This document shows, one piece after another, positions 9,598 through 18,102 of a DNA stretch of 64,000 nt (within the stretch, counting starts at the first letter, position 1; each line of letters starts with the position of its first letter). Under the pieces are notes generated by a model. It saw only the letters and a program-made list of their open reading frames with translations. It was not told where the DNA came from and did not search any database. Location of the stretch: NCBI GenBank assembly GCA_963729625.1, contig CAVSOU010000017.1, forward strand, positions 192,001 through 256,000. Reading direction: 5' to 3'. This stretch comes from an uncultured bacterium (GTDB lineage: Bacteria > Chloroflexota > UBA5177 > JANWHV01). Position numbers and translations under genes: made by a program.

Positions 9598-10515
9598 ATG
9601 TCTGCTGAAGTTGCCGATTTGCTGCCCGACGCGCCCGATCCAGTTGCGCCTCCGCAGTCTACACGGCTCGGAGGCCGGTTCGTGGCTGGAATCCTGCGGT
9701 GGAACCCGCGGCTCAAATTCGGCGCGCTTATCTCGGGTTTCTTTTTGATCATGGGCTTCGTTGTGCCGTTCTTCCCGCATTCCGATCCGACGATGTGGAA
9801 CCTCATCCCCAGTAATCTGTCGCCAAGCACGGATCACTGGCTGGGCACAACGGACCTCGGCCAGGACACGTTCTGGTTTCTCGTGCTTGGCATCCACAAT
9901 TCCCTGATTATCGGACTGATTGTGGCGACGCTGGCCACCACGATCGGCGTCGTCGTCGGACTCATCGCCGGGTATAAGGGCGGCATCATCGACCGTGTGC
10001 TGATGGTGCTCATGGACACGTTCATCGTGATCCCGTCGTTGCCGATCCTGATCCTGATCGCATCCATCCTGAAAGGCAGGGCGTCACTCATTACCATTGC
10101 GCTCGTGTTGGTGATGTTCAATTGGCCATGGCCCGCGCGACAGTCGCGCGCTATGACCCTGAGCTTGCGCGAACGCGAGTTTGTCAATACCGCCTGGTTT
10201 TCGGGCGAGTCCACCGTGCGGATTGTAGTCTTTGAGATATTCCCCTTCATCCGGACCTGGGCGATGGCCAACTTCGTGAATACCATCCTGGTCGCGATCG
10301 GCACCGAAGCTGGGCTCGCCGTTATCGGTCTGTCCAACATGCAGCAGGCTACGCTTGGCACGATGATTTACTGGGCGATTCAGCATGAGGCACTGCTGAT
10401 GGGAGCCTGGTACTGGATTGGCTCTCCGGTGGTCGTGATCGTCACTATGTTTCTCGGTCTGTTCGCGTTCTCGACAGGCGTAGTACAGCTTTCAACGTCG
10501 CGAAGGGGGCGCTAG
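9598..10515 (+). CDS. ABC permease (DppC/OppC-like)
   Basis: HWLGTTDLGQD and LSLREREFV motifs. Start uncertain (9577 or 9598). Confidence 0.88.
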   Translation: MSAEVADLLPDAPDPVAPPQSTRLGGRFVAGILRWNPRLKFGALISGFFLIMGFVVPFFPHSDPTMWNLIPSNLSPSTDHWLGTTDLGQDTFWFLVLGIHNSLIIGLIVATLATTIGVVVGLIAGYKGGIIDRVLMVLMDTFIVIPSLPILILIASILKGRASLITIALVLVMFNWPWPARQSRAMTLSLREREFVNTAWFSGESTVRIVVFEIFPFIRTWAMANFVNTILVAIGTEAGLAVIGLSNMQQATLGTMIYWAIQHEALLMGAWYWIGSPVVVIVTMFLGLFAFSTGVVQLSTSRRGR

Positions 10516-10516
10516 C

Positions 10517-11482
10517 ATGCTGACGCTGGCCGGAGTAACCGCACGCTACGAGACACAGCGCGGGGTTGTGCACGCCGTGACCGATGTCGGCTTTACGGTC
10601 GGCGACGACGAAATCTTCGGCATCGCCGGCGAGTCTGGCTGTGGCAAGTCCACGCTGCTCAAGATCATGTATGGCAACGTCCGACAGCCGATGCGTCTGG
10701 TACGCGGTACGGTGACGCTCACTGCTGCCAGCCTGTCGGGGGCAAGTCAAGAGCTCTGCAATGAGACGATCCAACGGGGTTGGTGGAAGACCATCTCCTA
10801 TGTCCCGCAGGGCGCCATGAGCGTGCTCAACCCGGTGGCCAGGGTCGAGAGCCAGTTTCTGGATGCTATCACAGCGTCTCATCAGCGCAATAAGCGCGCC
10901 CTGCGCGGAGAGATTGTGTCCTATTTGAGCGACCTGGGCCTATCGAGCGACGTGCTGCGCGCCTACCCGCACCAGCTCAGCGGCGGGATGCGCCAACGGG
11001 TGGTCATCGCCATGGCGACGTTTCTCCATCCGGCCGTAGTGCTGGCGGACGAGCCGACCACGGCGCTCGACGTCGTCGTGCAGCGTGGCATTCTGGCCCT
11101 CTTGACACGATTGCAGGCAAAAATGCAGAATGCGTTGATCATCGTGTCCCACGACATGGGGGTGCACTACCAGGTCACTCATCGCCTGGGGATCATGTAC
11201 GCCGGCCGAATGGTCGAGCGCGGGCCGACCGAACGCGTGTTTCAGCGGCGCCTGCATCCCTACACCAGCGCACTGATCGATTCGCTGCCGAAGATTGGCG
11301 ATGACGCCCGTCGTGAGGGGATTCGCGGACTTCCTCCGGGTCTTCTCGCGGCCTCGCGCGGCTGTCCGTTCGCCGCACGCTGCCCATCAGTGATGGATGT
11401 GTGCACTCAGGTCACGCCGCCCGCGCGCGAAGTTGAGCCAGGTCATGTTGTTGAGTGCCATCTGTACGGTGAGCGAGGCTGA
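10517..11482 (+). CDS. ABC ATPase (DppD-like)
   Basis: GESGCGKST, YPHQLSGGMRQR, LADEPTTALD and C-terminal GCPFAARC. Confidence 0.92.
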   Translation: MLTLAGVTARYETQRGVVHAVTDVGFTVGDDEIFGIAGESGCGKSTLLKIMYGNVRQPMRLVRGTVTLTAASLSGASQELCNETIQRGWWKTISYVPQGAMSVLNPVARVESQFLDAITASHQRNKRALRGEIVSYLSDLGLSSDVLRAYPHQLSGGMRQRVVIAMATFLHPAVVLADEPTTALDVVVQRGILALLTRLQAKMQNALIIVSHDMGVHYQVTHRLGIMYAGRMVERGPTERVFQRRLHPYTSALIDSLPKIGDDARREGIRGLPPGLLAASRGCPFAARCPSVMDVCTQVTPPAREVEPGHVVECHLYGERG

Positions 11483-11487
11483 AGCGT

Positions 11488-12519
11488 ATGAGCGCGGCAC
11501 CAGTGGCGTTGCTTGACATCCAGAACGTATCCAAAATCTACCGGGTTGGCGGGATGTTCACCGGATCGCACCTCGCCGCCGTGGACCAGGTAACGCTGTC
11601 CATGGCTGGAGATCGGGCGACTATCCTCAGCGTTGTGGGCGAGTCGGGGAGCGGCAAGACGACGTTGGCGCGCATGATACTACGGCTTCAGGAGCCAACC
11701 CGTGGCGCGATTGCCGTCGGATCGATGCGCATCGCTGCGCGATCACGGAACAGGTTCGATAGCGTTGCGTTCCGGCGTCTGGTGCAGCCGATCTTCCAGA
11801 ATCCGTTTGAGGCCTTGAGCGCTCGCAGGAAGGTTAGCTCCTACCTGTTCGACACGGCCGTGCGACTAAAGGTTGTACGGTCGAGAAGTGCCGCAAGACA
11901 GGCGGTGTCCGATGCACTGTCTTCGGTCGGTTTGGATCTGCACTACGTACAGGGTAAGTACCCAAGCCACTTCTCGGGGGGAGAACTGCAGCGTATCTCG
12001 GTTGCACGCGCGCTCATCAGCCGACCCAGGCTCATCGTGGCCGACGAACCCGTCGCCATGATTGATGCCTCGCTCAAGATGAATATCGTCAACCTGTTCC
12101 TGAAGCTCAAGCAAGAGCATGGCATCAGCTTCGTCTACATCACGCACGATCTCTCGACCGCCTATTATGTCAGCGACTACATCGCGGTGATGTACCGAGG
12201 CAGCGTCGTGGAGTACGGCCTATCAGGCGCCATCCTGACTGCTCCAGCTCATCCGTACACAGAACTCCTGATGGCTGCGATCCCCGCCGTCGGTGTCAAG
12301 TGGGATCCCGCGCGCGAAGTGACCGACATCAGCGTGGATCTCGCACGTGCGACGGGGGGCTGCAAGTTTGCCGGCCGATGTCCCTATGCACAGGCGATAT
12401 GCCGTACGTCAAAGCCACCGCTGGTCGACCTCCCGGGCGAGCGACAGGTGCTCTGTTTCAGACCCGTGGACTACCGGGCTGATCGGTCGCTCGCTGATAC
12501 TTCGCGCAGTCCGGGGTAG
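11488..12519 (+). CDS. ABC ATPase (DppF-like)
   Basis: GESGSGKTT, FSGGELQR, VADEP and GCKFAGRC. Confidence 0.92.
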   Translation: MSAAPVALLDIQNVSKIYRVGGMFTGSHLAAVDQVTLSMAGDRATILSVVGESGSGKTTLARMILRLQEPTRGAIAVGSMRIAARSRNRFDSVAFRRLVQPIFQNPFEALSARRKVSSYLFDTAVRLKVVRSRSAARQAVSDALSSVGLDLHYVQGKYPSHFSGGELQRISVARALISRPRLIVADEPVAMIDASLKMNIVNLFLKLKQEHGISFVYITHDLSTAYYVSDYIAVMYRGSVVEYGLSGAILTAPAHPYTELLMAAIPAVGVKWDPAREVTDISVDLARATGGCKFAGRCPYAQAICRTSKPPLVDLPGERQVLCFRPVDYRADRSLADTSRSPG

Positions 12520-12829
12520 CCAAGGAGCCGCAGTGCATGCGCCCGGGCGCGGACATCGACAAGGGATCCGTTTGCTCGTGAAGAATGCAGTGAGCTGAGG
12601 ACTCCCTGCTCGAACCGCGGTCTCCGCATAGCCGCGGTATCCGCGTTTCAGTCCGCGCGCGCCTCAGATCCTCTCCAGGTCTATGGTATGGGGCAGACCT
12701 TTGTGCGAGAAGAACATTGCTCTGACAGAAGGATCGCTGCTATCACAGAAGGTACACCGTTATCCGAGTGTACGCGTGACTTCACGCGCGATACCGCCTG
12801 GATCGGTATACCTGCTGAGGAGAGCAACT

Positions 12830-13717
12830 ATGCGCATCACTGCCGACACGCTGCCAGGTGTCCCCGCACTCTGCCGCTTCCATCTCAAGGACGCCGCCGC
12901 GCACCTTGGCTGGTGGGATGGCAACACAATCGTCGATCTGAGGGACTCGCGTGGAGACGCCGTCACGCTCGCCGGGCTGCTCGATGACGCAATACCGTTG
13001 ACGCAGGCCGCCACGGACCTGGCCCGTCACGCGCCACGCTATGAGCTCGAGGAGATCGCCTTGTTGCCGCCGATCGACACGCAGGAGATCTGGGCGGCAG
13101 GCGTAACCTACGAGCGCAGCCGGCAGGCACGAATGACGGAGAGCGAAAGCGCGGCGGACATGTACTGGAACGTGTACATTGCCGAGCGGCCTGAGCTGTT
13201 TTACAAGGGCACGGCGCGGTTGACGGCCGGCCCGGGGCAGCCGATCCGGGTGCGCGCCGACTCGCGCTGGTCCGTGCCTGAGCCGGAGCTCACGCTGCTC
13301 ATCGACCCGCGTATGCACATTGCCGGTTTCACGATTGGCAACGACGTCAGCGCCCGTGATATCGAGGGCGAGAACCCGCTGTATCTGCCGCAGGCCAAGA
13401 TATTCGCGGGCTCATGCGCGCTCGGCCCGTGGATCGTGCCAAGCGAAAGCGTCGCCGATCCGTACGCGCTTTCCATCACCTGCTGCATCACTCGTGACGG
13501 AGTGCCCCTCTGGCAGGATGCAACGTCCACGGCACAGCTGCACCGGCGTTTTGACGAACTGCTGGCGTACCTGTATCAGGCCATGACGTTTCCTGATGGG
13601 GTATTCCTCCTCACCGGTACGTGCCTCGTGCCCCCCGACACCTTGAGTCTGCAGACCGGAGACATCGTGGAAATCAAGATCGCGGGACTTGGCGCGCTGC
13701 GAAACCCCGTCGGGTAG
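12830..13717 (+). CDS. Fumarylacetoacetate-hydrolase family protein, 2-keto-3-deoxy-D-pentonate dehydratase-like (KdaD/XylX-type)
   Basis: EIWAAGVTYERSR, ERPELFYK, SVPEPEL, GNDVSARDIEGENPLYLPQAK and LLTGT motifs. RBS GAGGAG before ATG 12830. Confidence 0.82.
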   Translation: MRITADTLPGVPALCRFHLKDAAAHLGWWDGNTIVDLRDSRGDAVTLAGLLDDAIPLTQAATDLARHAPRYELEEIALLPPIDTQEIWAAGVTYERSRQARMTESESAADMYWNVYIAERPELFYKGTARLTAGPGQPIRVRADSRWSVPEPELTLLIDPRMHIAGFTIGNDVSARDIEGENPLYLPQAKIFAGSCALGPWIVPSESVADPYALSITCCITRDGVPLWQDATSTAQLHRRFDELLAYLYQAMTFPDGVFLLTGTCLVPPDTLSLQTGDIVEIKIAGLGALRNPVG

Positions 13718-13771
13718 CCAGGTAACATGTGCTTTCTGACGGGGAGATCAGACAACGTCGGGAGGGAAAAA

Positions 13772-13999
13772 GTGAAGCCTCGCACGCACACAAGCCTATC
13801 CGTCTGCTTTTCCGCGCTTCTCTCTATTCTAGCGACGCTGGCTCTTCGCCGGCTCACAGTGCTGCGGACAGGCGAGGATGGAGCGGTGAAAAGGCCACAT
13901 GCGCCGTCAGTGGTGGTGGTGTTCATGCCGATCGTCGCCGGCAACCAATGGCTGCTGCCGCGACGACCGGAAGGACCAGCGCCACAAGAACAAGCGTAA
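13772..13999 (+). CDS. Small hypothetical protein (75 aa, hydrophobic N-terminus)
   Basis: GTG preceded by GGGAGGG. Fills the gap between two genes. No recognisable family. Confidence 0.35.
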   Translation: MKPRTHTSLSVCFSALLSILATLALRRLTVLRTGEDGAVKRPHAPSVVVVFMPIVAGNQWLLPRRPEGPAPQEQA

Positions 14000-14011
14000 G
14001 GCGAAAGGCCA

Positions 14012-15277
14012 CTATCCCCAGCTGAACACGAGCCGCGTCGAACGCCGATCGAGCGCCACGTTGTCCGGTGCACGGTGGTACGGCACGTCGATCGGAAAGG
14101 CGCGCAGGAGCACGCCGCCGAGGGCGCCACCGTGTTCCTGGCTGAAGGGCCGGCGTGCCCGGTCCCAAGCGACAACCTGGGCGACGAGGCGTTGGGCGAG
14201 CTCGTCATCCGGGCCGAAAGAGCGAACGAGCAGCGCGTGGCGGGCGCTGGAAAACGGGGACCTGTCCAGGGCGGAAGGGAGACCTTGCACGCTGGCGAGA
14301 AGCGCGAGTGTAGAGTCGTGGCACAACCCCACCGCCGGCACAGGCGTCTGCCCGGCGTGGCTCTCGCGCGCGAGCAGATCGCAGAAGTCGGGTTCGTGGA
14401 GTGCGAGCCACAGGCGGAGTCCATGCAGCTCGTATGACTGCACTGCCACGTCGATGGGGCGGTCGCAATGGGCCCCGGTAAGCACCATGGCGATGCCGCC
14501 GGCGTCTACTGTCGCGTTGGTCAGGAGCCGGATCTCTCTTTCCCTGTTCAGGAAAAGAGGGGCGGCCCTGGCTGCCTCGAACGCTCCTCTCAACGGCACG
14601 AACCGGCAATAGGAGAGACAGCGACTCTCCAGATAGCCGTCGATGCGATCGAAGGCCGCCAGGATCTGGTGTCCTAGCATTATGTCAAGATCTGTCAGTC
14701 CCAGCGGCACGACCAGGCGGCCGCCTGGTCGCAGCTGCTCGTGCCAGGCGGGAGGAATATCGGCCGCGCCCACGGTTACGATAAGGCGGTCGTAGGGGGC
14801 CGCTGGGCCGTATCCGGCGCCGCCGTCTCCGCAGCGCACGATGACGCGCGCGAAGCTGGCCGCGCTGAGATGTGTTCGAGCGGCATCCGTGATGTCGCGG
14901 TCGATATCGATGGTAACTACCTGCCCATGCTCGCCGACCACATAGGCCAGCAGGGCCGCGTTATAACCGGTGCCGGCTCCGATTTCCAGGACCTGCTGGC
15001 CCGCCTTGAGATCCAGCTGCTCGAGCATGATAGCCATCATCGACGGCTGCGAGGAGGAGCTGACGGTCTGCCCATCCGCCGTTTTGGTCACGATGGAAGC
15101 GTCGTTGTAGACCTTGCCGAGCGGCACACCGGGCAAGAAGAGATGTCGCGGCACGGCGCGGAACGCTGCTTCGATCCGGCCGCCGCGGATGGTACCTTCT
15201 CGCACCATCCTGTCGACCAGGGCTCGCTGCAGGGCAGCGGGATCCTCGGTCCCGGCATGGAATCTGGATGCGCTCAT
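14012..15277 (-). CDS. Protein-L-isoaspartate O-methyltransferase-like enzyme with C-terminal extension (FxLD/RiPP-associated type)
   Basis: AFRAVPRHLF, SSSSQPSMMAIMLEQL, VLEIGAGTGYNAALL, PYDRLIVT and GGRLVVP motifs, plus about 190 extra C-terminal residues. Confidence 0.85.
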   Translation of the reverse strand: MSASRFHAGTEDPAALQRALVDRMVREGTIRGGRIEAAFRAVPRHLFLPGVPLGKVYNDASIVTKTADGQTVSSSSQPSMMAIMLEQLDLKAGQQVLEIGAGTGYNAALLAYVVGEHGQVVTIDIDRDITDAARTHLSAASFARVIVRCGDGGAGYGPAAPYDRLIVTVGAADIPPAWHEQLRPGGRLVVPLGLTDLDIMLGHQILAAFDRIDGYLESRCLSYCRFVPLRGAFEAARAAPLFLNREREIRLLTNATVDAGGIAMVLTGAHCDRPIDVAVQSYELHGLRLWLALHEPDFCDLLARESHAGQTPVPAVGLCHDSTLALLASVQGLPSALDRSPFSSARHALLVRSFGPDDELAQRLVAQVVAWDRARRPFSQEHGGALGGVLLRAFPIDVPYHRAPDNVALDRRSTRLVFSWG

Positions 15278-15501
15278 GCTGCCGTCCCTCACATTGCCGC
15301 CGATACAGGCAGGATACCGCGTATCTCCAGTCGCTTGGCCCGGCCATGCCAGGCGTGGCGTACAGCGTATGATGGGACGGCGCGCCCGGGGTGGGCGGTC
15401 GAGGGTCTACGTGGACCTGGCCGCATGTGACATGCTCGTGGCGGCGCAGCGCACCTACGTCTACTACAGGCAATGGCTGCCGTCGCGTGCTATGGAAGCT
15501 T

Positions 15502-16347
15502 TCAGCACGTCATCGGCGCTAGAGGCGCCAAAACGCTGTCCATTTCGCAGTAGTGGAGGCGCCAGGTGACCGTCGTGGTGGCCGTGCCGTGTTCACCGTC
15601 CGCGATTCCGTCATCGTTCTGGGTAATCTTGCCGGTGAGCAGGCGAGCGCTATTGGGATTCCTGTTGGGATGCCCCTCGATGGCTATTGGAAAGTAGTGC
15701 GACTCCGCGGGCTGGGACGTTTGCACCCAGCCATGGGGGTTCGTCTGGAGGCACGGATTGCTTTCTACGTCGATGTCCTGATGACGATCCTTGCCGGGGA
15801 ACGTATCGGAGGCGAACTTCAGCTCGATCTGATAGGGATCCACGAAGACCGGATGCGCAAGATCGTGCGTGAGCGATTCGAGGATTTGAATGTCCAGCTC
15901 GACGCCGGCATCACCCGTGTAGCTGCCGGTCTCTGTCTCATCCGTACCAAGCTTCTGTATGTAGGTGTGCTTCACGCCGTTGCACTCAACTTTGATTGGC
16001 GTCACCGTCAGGTCGCCATCGTGATTGGCGATGGTCTCGGTCACGCGCGCCAGGTATCCGCCGATCTTGTCGCTGTAGAGCGCCTTCACGACGACGTGCA
16101 TCGTGTGCAGATGATTGGTGAAACTGTTGTGGCTCACGCCTCCGTGGGATGACTTCCCGCTGCTGTTTATCTGTTGTACGTAGTCGATCGTTCCCGTCAG
16201 CGACGAGTAATGTTGTTTCGCGAGAGTTGGATACGCTCGGGCGGAACGGTCCGCGGCGCGGGGCAGAGTCCAGGCGAGCAATATGACGAGAGCCAGGGCC
16301 AGGCGCGGCAGCGTCCGCGCGGCCGCCCGTCGTGTGAGAGCCACCAT
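15502..16347 (-). CDS. Secreted hypothetical protein
   Basis: RBS GAGGGAAAGG. Signal peptide MVALTRRAAARTLPRLALALVILLAW. Beta-strand-like mature region. Confidence 0.65.
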   Translation of the reverse strand: MVALTRRAAARTLPRLALALVILLAWTLPRAADRSARAYPTLAKQHYSSLTGTIDYVQQINSSGKSSHGGVSHNSFTNHLHTMHVVVKALYSDKIGGYLARVTETIANHDGDLTVTPIKVECNGVKHTYIQKLGTDETETGSYTGDAGVELDIQILESLTHDLAHPVFVDPYQIELKFASDTFPGKDRHQDIDVESNPCLQTNPHGWVQTSQPAESHYFPIAIEGHPNRNPNSARLLTGKITQNDDGIADGEHGTATTTVTWRLHYCEMDSVLAPLAPMTC

Positions 16348-16473
16348 CCTACCTTCCCTCCGTATGCGATGTCACAAATCAGACGGGAGCCAACCACACC
16401 AATTCTATCCTGGGCAACAAGAGTTTGACTGATGTCTGAGCGATGCATGCGCGAACCTTGCAGCGTGACAGTT

Positions 16474-17382
16474 TCAAGCCCCCGGTACGGCGTCTCCAGC
16501 TGGCGCCAGAATGGCGCGGCTCACGTCGATGAAGGCGCGCAGCGCGGGCGAGATCCATTTGTCTCTGTGCCAGGCGAGCAGGGTGGTCAATCCATAATCG
16601 CCCGCGCTCCACGGCAGCCTGACCAGGTGCCCCCGCGCCAACTCCGCTTCCACGGTGATCACGGGCAGGAAGCCGACGCCCATCCCGGCCATCACGCACT
16701 GCTTTATCGCCTCGATGCTGCTGAAGTTCAGCATGTCATTGTTGACCGACGCTGCGGCCAGGGTCTGCTGGAACAGCGCGGTATAGGAGTAGCCGGACTC
16801 CACCAGTAACAGCGTCTCGCCCTCCAGGTCGGCCGGCTCCACGATGGACCGCCGGGCCAGCGGATGGGATGGATAGGTGATTACCGCGAGTGGCTCATGC
16901 GTGAGCGTCTCGAAGATCAAGTTCTCGGCGTTCGCCGGCCGCTCCAGCAGAATGCCGATGTCCAGCTTGCCCTCATTCAGCATCTGCACCAGCTTCACAT
17001 AGACTCCCGGCCAGAAGACCAGGCGCACTCTCGGGAACAGGTTCTTGAACTGGAACAGAACCGGCGGCAGCCGATAGGCGCACAGCGACTCCGGCGCGCC
17101 GATCGTGAGCGTGCCGCCAGGCAGGTGGTCGTCGGGCACGGCAACACGCGCTTCCTCTGATAGACGCACGATCTTCTCGGCGTAGGGCTGCAGCCGCAAA
17201 CCGGCAGTGGAAAGATCAACCCGCCTGCCCAGCCGCTCGAAGAGGGGCACTCCCATCTCCTCCTCCAGAGCCTGGATCTGCGCGGTCACGCTCGACTGCG
17301 CGTAGTTCAACGACTCTGCCGCGCGCGTGAAACTAAGGCTCGACGCCACGGCGAGAAACGTGTTGAGCTGGCGAATCTCCAT
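16474..17382 (-). CDS. LysR-family transcriptional regulator
   Basis: MEIRQLNTFLAVASSLSFTRAAESLNYAQSSVTAQIQALEEEMG HTH. 302 aa from ATG 17382. Confidence 0.93.
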   Translation of the reverse strand: MEIRQLNTFLAVASSLSFTRAAESLNYAQSSVTAQIQALEEEMGVPLFERLGRRVDLSTAGLRLQPYAEKIVRLSEEARVAVPDDHLPGGTLTIGAPESLCAYRLPPVLFQFKNLFPRVRLVFWPGVYVKLVQMLNEGKLDIGILLERPANAENLIFETLTHEPLAVITYPSHPLARRSIVEPADLEGETLLLVESGYSYTALFQQTLAAASVNNDMLNFSSIEAIKQCVMAGMGVGFLPVITVEAELARGHLVRLPWSAGDYGLTTLLAWHRDKWISPALRAFIDVSRAILAPAGDAVPGA

Positions 17383-17423
17383 ACGCACCACCAATCGGAT
17401 ATATCGATTAAATGCTTCGGTAA

Positions 17424-17440
17424 CATCGTTTGGAATGATG
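17424..17440. promoter_or_regulatory. LysR T-N11-A box
   Basis: CATC-N9-GATG inverted repeat (T17426-N11-A17438) in the AT-rich region between the divergent genes. Confidence 0.5.
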
Positions 17441-17516
17441 ATACATCGGTGGTATTGTAGAGAGTGAGAGGGGGCGCCACTGCCTCCGGATAATCCCAGA
17501 CGAAGGAGTTCTCGGG

Positions 17517-17732
17517 ATGATAGCAAACAAGTCTACAGACGTAATGATGAGGCTCGAGGGCGGTGCTTGGCCCCGTGAAGCTCGCCGAGTATTCGAGCTA
17601 GCTGCTATGCAGCACGTTCGGTTGGACCCTGAGACGGTAGAGGTGTGCGACGTGCGCGACCTGCAGCGCCTGGCCTCCCAACTTCAGGACCAGAGAGTCC
17701 AGCCGGTGTGGCGGCGCTGGCATCTCAACTGA
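17517..17732 (+). CDS. Small hypothetical protein (71 aa) divergent from LysR
   Basis: RBS AAGGAG upstream of the ATG. Occupies the canonical LysR-target position. Confidence 0.55.
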   Translation: MIANKSTDVMMRLEGGAWPREARRVFELAAMQHVRLDPETVEVCDVRDLQRLASQLQDQRVQPVWRRWHLN

Positions 17733-18102
17733 GATCGCATTCCCCCGCTTGTATGCAGCAAGCCTCAAGTACGTAGCATTGATGGTGCGTGCTTGAGGCT
17801 TGCTGCATCTTCAGACGATCTGGCCATATACTCCAGCCACGACGCTGCCTATGCTTGCGTCGGTAGGGAAATCTTGCGCTAGGCGTGAAACACTGTGCGG
17901 CGCTGCGGTGCGTGCATGGCGTCAGCAAACGCACACACCGGACTGGACGGGATTCACGACCGTGAGGGTACCACGCGATAGAGGGTCGCGGGTGAGATTG
18001 CTGTCGGGCAGCAGCAGTCTTGAGGGTGCGCCGCATTGACGGTATCGCGGTTGGCGCGGCGTGGGCTCGATCAGACCGGCGGGCAGGTGGCGGGAGGCAT
18101 GC

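Noticed and set aside
17730-18100. Possible c-di-GMP riboswitch upstream of the GGDEF-EAL gene
   Set aside because: Could not match the class I or class II consensus by eye. An Rfam/Infernal scan would be needed.
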